Assembly (NCBI GenBank): GCA_018398765.1
Contig: JAHBMJ010000429.1
Coordinates: 1 to 48,000 of the forward strand
Direction: 5' to 3'
Source: Chromera velia
Taxonomy: Eukaryota
DNA length: 48,000 nt
Part shown: positions 11,403 through 21,675 of the stretch, one piece after another
Layout: each line of letters starts with the position of its first letter
Position numbering within the stretch: the stretch's first letter is position 1
Notes under the pieces: generated by a model
Database searches by the model: none
What the model was told of the DNA's origin: nothing
Seen by the model: the letters and a program-made list of their open reading frames with translations, nothing else
Translations under genes and position numbers: made by a program

Positions 11403-12987
11403 GATCCCCCCCGGCTACGGACAGGAAAATCGCGTCCTCGCGATCAACAAATGAAGAGACCGAGTATGCGCTTCAATGCCCAAAGTGGATCTTATCCAAG
11501 TCGCTGTAGACGTTGTCAGAGCTCCGAGAACTTCATCTCGATGGCATCCATATCAAAATATTTAAGGCACCACGTAAATCAGAACGATCTCAAAGCGCCA
11601 CGATGTGTGAGGCGTGCTCGCAAGTCCAAGATCACCCCGAGATAGGCGTGCGATGCAGATACTGGTAGTACCAACAAAAGCACCTGTCCAGCGCCTGTGT
11701 ATATCGTTGACCGGAAGACTTGATCGGAGTCATGGGTTCCCAGCACCAGCTAGTTCAGGAGCATGGCGGCCGACGTGTACGTCCAACTCGGCGTTATTGA
11801 ATTATTAAGAGTTGCAAAGGGATGAAGAGAAAAGAAAAAAGTGCAGCTACACACTGCTCCACTCATGGCTTCTTGAAAGCCTGTTTGCGTGTCGGCCATC
11901 CTCATTCTCACTAAGTTACTATACCAAACCAAGTGACTTCAGAACACTCTGTCACGATCTCACTCTTCGAGGTGCATTGCTCTGATTGTTCGATCGTTTG
12001 CTTCATGAGCAGCCATCACCAGCTTCAAATCCTTCCACCTTCTTACTATCAGTCGAGAGGAACGGTGCAACCGGGACATATCGACCCCATCATAGGGCAA
12101 CCCGGCCACGCGGCAGCAGTCACACACTTGACTTTTCGTACTTCAGGCCTGCCATTCCCTCAGGGGTATCAAATATATCCAATGCCTCCTGACTCAACAT
12201 GAAGGTCGAAAGTGTAAGTCTTTTCAGCTTCCGACAGCGTGTCACTTTGCAGCAGAAAGAACTTTCTCAGCTTCATTCTCTCGGAGGGAAGTTTCGACGA
12301 CTTCACGTGCGTATGTATACAATAGATAGAGTGGTCGTAGGGCTGTGACACACTCAGCCTCCTGCTAAGCGCCCATACCTTTTGTATCATTTTAACATAA
12401 AAGGATTATCACACAAAAGTGCTAACCACCGTGAATAAGCACACACACTAGCTGCTAGAGTCAGACCGCACACGGACAGTCAGTCATGTGCAAACACACA
12501 CGCAGCGAATAGCAGAGTCATAACCGGACACAAGCTGGTTCCGTCCAATCAGACATAGAACCAGTCACACACTCACAGAAGAGCAAGCAAAAGAAACAAT
12601 GTACTGGCCGTTTCATTCGATCGCGATCTACTCGTAGACGGCAGTCTCTGTTCTTCATGTAGCGAAGTCACTCCAAAGTTTAAGCAATACCAAGCAACAT
12701 CTCCACTATCGGTTCCATGCAGAGGTCTCCGATCCACTTCTCCAATCAGGAACGCCACCCCGAGCTCCTAGTCTACCACGATCGGATGATCTCGAAAAGA
12801 AGGCTCCGGGCAGCTTGGGACGCAAGGGGACACTGAATTCCCCGGAATTCCCCCACTCACGGTTTTTGCCTGACCGTGCCTATATCGTTGCAATCGGCTT
12901 TCAACGGTTGCGTAAAAGGACACATCTGATCTCTATCACAGAAGGAAAATGAGAGTTGATACTCATCAAGCTGAGCGGTCACCATAA

Positions 12988-13452
12988 TGCTTTGTTCCTC
13001 CTGTCCAGCCACCTTATGGCGTCCAGACAGAAGGTAAAACGAGGACAAGAGTGCTAGGGAAGCTTAAGAGAAGGAACGTGAGCAACACTAACTCAGGCAA
13101 CACTTTACAGGAGGTTTGGCTCTAAATCAGTTTAAGATCTAGCACGATCTGGGATTCTAATCAGCTGGGTTCATTCTATCATACACGGTTTCTGCTCATT
13201 CCTTTCTCTGGAGCTATGTCTATATAGAACTGTGTTGAACAGGTATCAGACTCAAGTGATCGATGCTATTAATATCCGTTGCTCAAGTGACATGTTGCAT
13301 GCCTGAAGGCAAAGGTCAGACTCGACTTTGATCGACGCGCGCGACACGTATGAAGCAAAGCGCGGCGGCGGAATGTGGTGCGGCATGCGGGCTCATGCAG
13401 TCATGGCGCATGCAAAGGCTCAAAGGGCGGCGCCACAGGGTAGAACTCCACA
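12988..13452 (-). repeat. 5' LTR of the non-autonomous LTR element
   Basis: Direct repeat of 10938-11402; followed on the - strand by a TGG-starting PBS after 3 nt. Confidence 0.85.
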
Positions 13453-13454
13453 AT

Positions 13455-14382
13455 TAGTGACCATGTTTGATTTGATTATATTTGATTTAATTTGATTTGA
13501 TTTGATTTGAGCTTCAACCTCAAATATTTGATATTTGAGGTAAGATTTGAGGTTAACCTCTTAGGGTTCCTTACTGAGTCACTGACTTACTATCACTCTG
13601 ATCATTTTTCTCATGACAATAGTTATCAGAACATTTCTGATGTATGTTTCAAAAATTTAAAAAAATATATATAAAATTATAACTTATCAGTTCCGTAAAA
13701 AAAATGTGCCTGTGTGGCAGTGTATATACACTAGTCACTGAGACTTACTCTAGTACTAATAGAGATTAAGAACGTAAAATTGATAGATTTGAAATTGCAT
13801 ATGACTTTTTGTTGATACGATAAAGTTAGAGCACATACCAAAATTGAGGTAACAATCACTCAGCTTTATGGCACTTCCTTTTCCTCTTCTTCATGATCAC
13901 TTTCTTCAATGTGAATCGAATCAATGGGTGGTGGGAGCTGCTGAGAGCTTTTTTTCTGGCTTTTTGGCTTTCCAGGAGTGGGTGCTCCTGGGCTTCTATT
14001 CGGTTGCGGAGAGATGACAACGGGGTGAGACGGAGAACCGCGCACACGTTTGCTATTGCTGTTGGTGTTGGAACTATCCTGTTTCTGGGCAGCTAAGCAT
14101 CCAGAGTTGGTGCGTTCGGTTACCCTCTGTGCCGCGCCAGGGCCGACAACAAGCCCCTTGTATTGGAGGTGAATATAGAGAGGTCGGTAGCCTTCCTCAC
14201 CCGGAGTGATGACTTTCTTAGGAGGGGGAAGTTTCCCCCCAGCCTTCTCAGCATATTGATCAAATATTTTATCGTATTTGATAGGTCTTTAAACACTAGG
14301 TCCTCCCTGACTGGATATTTGATTTGAGCTTAAGCCCTACCTCAAATCAAATCAAATCAAATCAAATCAAACATGGTCACTA
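13455..14382 (-). mobile_element. hAT-family deletion derivative, copy 1 (928 bp)
   Basis: TIR TAGTGACCATGTTTGATTTGA / TCAAATCAAACATGGTCACTA; perfect 8-bp TSD TCCACAAT (13447-13454, 14383-14390); subterminal (TTTGA)n arrays. A minus-strand frame is open from ~14250 to 13866 (EGWGKLPPPKK...EESDHEEEEKEVP*), probably the transposase C-terminal tail. Confidence 0.88.
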
Positions 14383-17300
14383 TCCACAATACCATAAAAA
14401 AAAAGTTTTTCCGATCTTTTTTTTTAATGTAGTGCAGGGCCTAGGGTCTGTAGTAGTTGGTCTGATTGCTCTCTATCCTTGGCATCACTAGGTTTATAAA
14501 TTGAACTTAAACCACCAAACGGTGTAAGCCTACCCTTGGCAGTAGACCGCGGGGGAGCCCGGAACATAAATCCTAATCCTAATCCTATATGAAGACAAAA
14601 AAAATTCAGAAAACAGTTTTACTGTTTAAACCCAGTTTTTTCTCGTTTAAACCTGTTTCTTTTTTAAATCATACACATGTTTAAATTATAGGTTACTCTA
14701 TATCTGTATAACTTTACATAAAACGTAACAAAGGAATGCAAAAGATGGAACGCTGTCCAGACGTACCACTTATTGGTCTTTCATGGTCATAATGGTTTTG
14801 AGATGAAGATAAACGAGCACCCACCCCAACGTACCCCGTCCAAGTTCCAACAGATCTATTTCAAGTTCGGTTGGATCTGTCATCTGTCTGTCACAGTCAA
14901 TTGACCCTGCATGCTCGAACCGTCACGCAAGGAAAACATCAACGCTAGAATCAACGCTTTCCACACCCACGAAGGAAAGAAGTGGAGATGCCCCAACAAC
15001 AACTCAAATCAAAAACCTGCCGGTATTCTTCTTGCTTCTGCCTTCTCCCTGTTCGCTGTCGGTCCCTCTGTCACTGAGGGAGCTAGCTATACAGGAAGGA
15101 ACAAAATTCATGCATGCATGCAGCTTCTTCGCAAGAGTCAACCTAGGAGTCGAGAGGATGAGCGAAAGAAAACAGAATGGCAAAACACTCCGTGCAAAGT
15201 GGACCATTGGTCCTCTGAACGAACTCCGGCGGAACGAAAAACGTTGCGATGCCAGTCAACCAATCGGTCCAGGCAGACTGCATGACTGGCTCTATCTATT
15301 TATCTATCTGTCTGTGTCTGTCTGTCTGTCTGTGCAGGTGTGCCCCTCTTTCTCTGACATTCTCTCGTCCGAATGATTCTCGAGGGAGAGTTTCCTTCAG
15401 AGAGCATACACGCCATCTACGTTTCGCACCATCAAAAAGAAGATGACAGGAAATGGAGTATTGGCAAAGAGTCGTAAAGGAAACGGAAGTGAAGAAAGAG
15501 AGAATGAACGAAGAACAGAAAAGAGAAAGAAATCATCACACAAGAAAAGAGACAGCTTCATTGTGGGAGAGAAATCAAGTACTCTGTTTTTCAATCTTTC
15601 TTACAGATAAACATTCAGGTTGACTCGAAGACGGACAGTCATGCGCATGCACGGCAAAATAAAACGACTGGAGCTGACTCAGATCAAAAACGCCCAGCGT
15701 TGGGGCATTCCTTCCTTCCTTCCTCATTCTCTGACTAACAGGCGAAACGTTTCTTCTTCAAACGACTACGCACTCACTCACCAATACAAGCAAGCGAACC
15801 CGCACACTCGAGGACACACGCACTGATACGCACACACGCTCAACTGAGAAACCATCTCCAGCATCTACGGCGTACTTGGTTGAACAAGTCTGTCTTCATC
15901 GCAAAGAAGGAAGGAATTATTCGTACAAGGGTCCAACAAGTTGTTTGTGTTTCTTTTCCACTTCAACTAAAAAGAAAACATGAAAGAAAAAAAGAAATCA
16001 AGGCAGAAGAAAGAAATAGAGAAAAACAGACGGACCCTCTTTGCTTCTCAAAATGAATTCATGACGACTCGATCAGCAAAGTGCGAAAATCAATGAGCGG
16101 TTCGTTCCCTTCTCCCGAAATCATCTCTCCCCTTCCCTTCGTCTTGCCTCAACCGTCACGCCATATCTCCGGTGTCAAGACCCTCCCCCCCGGCTGTACT
16201 GACTCTTCCCTTCCCTTCCCTCCTTAATTCTTTCTTGCTTCTCATCCTTGCTGGCTTTCTCGGCTCTCGTCCGTGCCACTTCTCCTCGCTATGTCAGACA
16301 AGAAGAACGGGAATGATCGAATGCATGAATAACAACAAGTGATTTCCTTCTTGTCTCAACAAAACACCCTTGCTTGCACACACACAAATGCACCCATCCA
16401 TCCAAAGTGTGCCTCTGAAAGCAGACGGCGCGCGCTCTTTGGCGCACCCCGGAGACGCTTTCTTTGATCTCAAAAGGGTCACAAGGGAAGAGGGGAGTGT
16501 CGGCCATCCACCCTTTTCTCTGCCCACCCTCGAGCACTCCTTCGCCTCTCCCCTTGCCTCTGCCGAGGTAAGAAAGAAATAGTGCTTTTAAAGCGGAACA
16601 AAACAAGCTTGCTTGGCTTCGCCTTCACGTTTCGTCTCCCCAAATATGCGAAGTCCCGTTTCCTCTTCCGTTCTCTCTAACGATCTGTCTGCATATCTGC
16701 CCGTGTGCCTGAATGCTGGCGCACAATCTAGTGCGAATTATTCTTCCTTCCCTTCCAAGGGCCACTAAATGAAGTGCCCCCCACCCCCCCCTTCCTGAAA
16801 TAATCCACGGCTGTTGCGAGGTCGGTGCACTATCTTCCTACCTCTCTCCTGCCTTACGCCAGGGAGAACATGTGGGCACACAAACACACACACACACACA
16901 CACAGACTGAGCGACTGACAGAGACAAAGAGAGAACCTGCACTCCAGAAACAGAGAAGAGAAAGATGGACAGATGCCCTCCGCGTCCCCCGGCGCATGCA
17001 GACAAAGAGCATGCAGCAGGGAGCACGCAGGAGGACAGACACATAGAGAGAACAGAAGAGGAGGAGCGAGCAGGCATGCATGCAGCAAAATCGCCCTCCG
17101 TACTGTTTTTCCTTCCACAGACAGAGTGCGTGAGTGAGGGACAAATGAGTGAAGAAAACGGGGAGGGTGAGAAAGGGTGAGTGAGACAGTGAGAGTGAGC
17201 GTCTAGAAAGAATCGATCATGCACAGAAAGAAGATCACTCGAGGGGTCAGAGCATGACCGCAGGATCAGGCAGGTAGGCAGGTAGGGAGGAAAATCCATC

Positions 17301-18459
17301 CCTACACAAACCTGCCGACCTGTCCGGAAGGGGGGGGGAAGGAAGGAGGGTGGAGCCCGCAGATTAACTGCAGGAAGGAAGAAGAGATGAAAAGAAAGGA
17401 AAGACGTAAACAGAGGGGGGAAAGAAGAAAGAAAAGACTGGCCTGCAGTCCTTCAGTCAGCAATTCAAACCAAAACCAAACCCGGCATACACGTCTCACC
17501 CAGCCATCCAACGACATAGCAGATCTAAAGAAAGAATAAATTCCCCCTCTTCTGCTTCCGCTTCCCCTGTAACGCAGACCCGTGAGTCACTTTTTCCGTC
17601 TTGTCGCCACTCGTCAGACTTTTCTCTTTTTTCTTTCGGTCTTCTCGTTTCGAAGAGCCAGACAGAATACACAAAAACGAAAACCAAGAAAAGTAAAAGT
17701 TTCTTTTGACATGTCTTCTCTCTCTTCTTTTCTGTCTTTCTTTTTGTTCGAATTTCAACTCTTTCGTTCTTTTCTCCCTCCCTTTCTTTGGGGAGGGGAA
17801 AGAAAGAAAAGGGGCAGGCAGCTCCAACGAATCCATTGCTCCCCAACCCCCTTTCCCTGCGTAAGCGAGATCTTTCGTTCGAATTCCCGCCCCGTCTCCA
17901 CTTTTGCCTCATATCGTTTCGGTTTTCCCCTAAAGCATTTTTGTTTTGCTTCCCCAAGCCCAAAACAGAAACAACCAAAGGACAATCAATCGTTCGTCAG
18001 TCACTGCCTCACTCCTCCTGTCTGCCTCTTCTCATGCACGCCCAAAATTGTGTACATATGTCCTTTTGCGCACACACGCAGTCACGCACATGCACACACA
18101 GGGAGAGAGCACAGTCACGCAACGGTTTCTTTGTAACGGTCAGTCAGTCACAAAGGCAGGCAGAAGACGAAAACAACAGCAGCAGGAAGAAACAAGCCGC
18201 AACTTCTTTGCCCCCTCCCTTACATTCCGGTTCACAGCCTTCAGGGACTCGGTTCCTCCCGAGAAGTCGTACTGTGCTCTGGTTGCTCTCTGCCTCTTTC
18301 TCTCTCCACTTGGAGCAACGTCAGTGGGGGGCAGCTAGGGTTCAAAACAAAGAGACGTGACAAGAGACTTTCTGCTCCTACACCTAAACTGCAAGAAAAG
18401 AAACTTTCTCACATCCATGTCTTCTCCCCCCCTGTCTTTCATGTGTTTTCTGTTTTCTT

Positions 18460-18732
18460 TCAAACGCTCTTTCTCTCTTTGGGGGCAGAAGAATCCAGTT
18501 TCCCGCACTCCCAATATCCCCTCACGACGCTGCACAAGGCCGCAGTCCAGCTGCCGAACTCCTGGTAAGGGACCCCGAACTCTTGGCACGTCGACCTGAC
18601 GATAGGCGCCAGGTCTCTGTAGTGCACGTGGGAGACCCCCGGGAAGAGGTGGTGCTCGATCTGGTAGTTGATCCCTCCGAAGAGGGTGCAGACGACAGGG
18701 TAGTCCACAGCAAAATTGGACGACTCCCGGAC

Positions 18733-18806
<74 letters not shown>

Positions 18807-18880
18807 ATAGACACACACACACACAGACACACACACACACAGACACACAGACACACAGACACACACACACACACGCACGC

Positions 18881-18951
<71 letters not shown>

Positions 18952-20657
18952 GTCAGGCGACAATGAGAGAGTGTGCTGGAGGCTTTCTGAGAATGTAAAG
19001 CGAAAAGTGGAAAGTAAACAGAAAAAACAGCTGAGGGAAGGATAGGCAGAACGCAGTGGAATCGAGAAGAGGCTTGTCGGACGGAGACTTTCATTCACAC
19101 GGGAACAATAAGGCAGCGAGGCATTACAATGAACAGACAAATGCCGAGTTTGAAGTTACGTGCTTCTAAAGCAACATTCTTTTTCTTCCGGGCTTTTCTT
19201 TGCCCATGCACAGTTCGCCTAATCTCAGTTGTAATGTGATTCTGAACAAGAGTTTCTTAAAACATGAAAATCGTCCCCCTGTGTAAAAAAGGGCTCACCT
19301 GCATCTCTCCCCAGTCCATTTTCTCCTCTTTGTCTCCCCCCTCCTCTGCCTTCTTCTTATTCAGAGAGAGGGACTCCCAAGTGTCGTGATCGGGGGCGAT
19401 GCACATCCAGTAGAGGATGTTCAGAGATCCCCAGTACGCAAGGCTCTGCACCCAGGGCTGAAACACCCACCACTGGAGCTGTGCAAGGAGAATGACCACC
19501 ACCTCAAAGGTGAACAGGTCATTCAACACATCCACAGGGATGCCGATGTACCTGTGCTTGAAAAGAGCCTGCAAATACAGAAGCCCCTGACCAAAAAACT
19601 GCCCCGGGAAAACTGCCAATGCGATCAAGGCACTTGCCGGTTGGTTTTCCAGCCCGACGGCGAGGAACTTTTTCTCCGCATCGTCGGGGTGTTTTCGGAA
19701 AAACGGACGCCCGTACCTCGTGTCGGGGTCCTTCGCCACGTCTCCCGTGAACGAATGGTGTCCATACACGTGATGGCGTGCCCATACGTGATGGAACCAA
19801 GACTGACTGGCATTGCACAGACGCGAGAGAAGCTCATTCACCCAGGGCTTGCTTGACACAGCGTAATGGGAGGCGTCATGCATGACGCAGAAACCGCAGG
19901 CGATGTGAAAGACAGCCTGGAAAAACCCGATCAAAACCAGGAGAGGGAACGGAAGGCCCAGACCGAGCCATCGCTGTCGGAAGCCCGTCACGCAGGCTGC
20001 AAGGAAGAGGCATGCGTAGATGGACACTTTGAAGGTCCACCAAGATGTGGCCTTCCATGAGTCTCGCACATCGATTCCCTTGGCCTTTGCACGGTCAATG
20101 AAGTGGGCGCGGACTCGGGTCTGTAGAGTGCGGTAGAGACCTGAGTCGGGTGAGAAGGCTTCCCTCAGTTTGGCGGTGTCGCTATGAGGAATGGAGACCT
20201 CCTCTTGAGGGCTTGCACTGAGAATCGTTTTGGTCTCGGTGGTATCGGAGGCATCGCACATCCACGTGGGGTGCTCTGCGGTGTCGGCGGAGGATCGGGA
20301 ATTTCGAGCGGAACTGTGGGCAGTGGAGGGGGTGGTTGACTGATCAACTGCAGTAGTGATGGGAGGCTGTCTCTTCACAGCCTGAGTCGGGGGCTGACTG
20401 ATGTATGTGGAAGAGAGGCGAAATTTCTGCAATTGGGTCCAGATCACATCCCTTCTATTTGACAGGGCATGATAGGACTCGAAGAGTGCAGAAGCATCTT
20501 CCATATTGCAAGCCGTCATGAGGACATCCCGACCTCCAGGATGGTGGTCAAGGAAGGGAGTAAGGTCAAACAATTCGCCGTGAATGCGCCAGACCCGCGG
20601 AGGATCTGCCACATCTCGCTGCGGCTGCGACTGCTTTGGGGCGATGACTTCGGTCAT
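18460..20657 (-). CDS. Cytochrome-b5-fused front-end fatty-acid desaturase (delta-5-like), 2 exons, ~543 aa
   Basis: Exons 20657-19299 and 18732-18460 (GTGAG...TGCAG intron). Contains the cyt-b5 HPGG heme motif and His boxes HDASH, HHVYGHH and QIEHHLFP. The spliced junction restores [13 protein letters not shown], typical of this family. Regiospecificity is inferred. Confidence 0.93.
18736..18950. repeat. (CA)n/(GA)n microsatellite in the desaturase intron
   Basis: Direct inspection. Confidence 0.95.
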
Positions 20658-21675
20658 TGTCGGGAGGGGCAAAAGTCGCTGACCGAAAGCGAAGCACGAG
20701 AGCAGAGCTCTTGGAAATTAAGGAGAGAAGAGCCAGATACTCAGACTGACCGCAAAAACTTTCACAAAAATATTGATTACTCGGGATGGTGCAAGTCAAA
20801 GCCTGCCTGATCAACTTTTCAACTTTTTCACTTCCTTGCCTGCTGATCTTGCAACGCTGTACGATTGAGGGGGACCGTAGAAGTAGGCCGAGCGATGCAA
20901 AAAAAATCTGTAAATCGGGAGGGACGAGCGACTGGAAATTTGCATCATTGAGGATCGAATTCGATGGCGGCCGGCATGACGGTTTATGCGCATTGCCGGA
21001 CCAGCATGCATGTACATGCATGGTCTTTCCGGGGAGCACCCGAGGTCCCGTCAAACGAAACTGCACGCCTTTTGAAACTCAAGTAAGCCCCTATAGCCCT
21101 GGGCCCCACTTTTTTGATCTTTTTTATAAAGATTGAAAAATGCCCCATATGTAGCCCCATAAGCTTTCAATAGCTTCATTATCTACGGTATAATCCACTT
21201 AAATCCACCAGACTGAATACCCACTAGTACATACGTTCTAATACCGATTTAAACCTAGTGTTCAGCATTGATCAATACACACAACTATAACAAAACCCGG
21301 ATAAACCCAGAATATCAATGCTATGCTATACACAGCTACACACAACAAAATCTTCTATAATGATCGAGTATTGTAGATCTGTTTGATCTGTTTCTGAGTG
21401 ATTGCATATAAATCTGCTCAAAGGTCTTTATGCAGTTACTTATATAGTGGTACGTAATCAATCAATGTAGTAGACCACAGACATTCCCGAAACTACCCAG
21501 AATATAAATCTTTCTCTATCGTAAAAAGCTAGGTAAGAAGCAATGAATAGACTAAATAAGTAATACTAGGAATATATTTTATGTATGTCTACAATATATA
21601 ATTAGCAAGGCGGTTTTAGGCGGTTTAGAAAATTGTGAAAACCGATTATAACACCAAAAAGCACATCAAATTTTG

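Larger units (their letters stand above)
10938..13452 (-). mobile_element. Non-autonomous LTR retroelement (TRIM-like or internally deleted), 2.5 kb
   Basis: Two 465-bp direct repeats (10938-11402, 12988-13452), ~94% identical, with TG...CA ends. PBS TGGTGACCGCTCAGC on the - strand (12970-12984) and PPT GGGGGGGATC (11403-11412). A 4-bp TSD ATAC (10934-10937) is recovered on the right once the hAT insertion is removed. No gag/pol recognised internally. Confidence 0.85.

Noticed and set aside
11403..12987. gag/pol remnants inside the small LTR element
   Set aside because: No retroelement protein motifs found in the listed ORFs or the frames I read.
13856..14047. ORF-track peptide ...KKRKRKCHKAE (also 33973-34230)
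   Set aside because: A different minus frame is open about twice as long and is the better candidate for the real coding remnant.
18335..19140. CVCVCV/HTHTHT ORFs
   Set aside because: Translations of the (CA)n intron; only 18732-18460 is a real exon.
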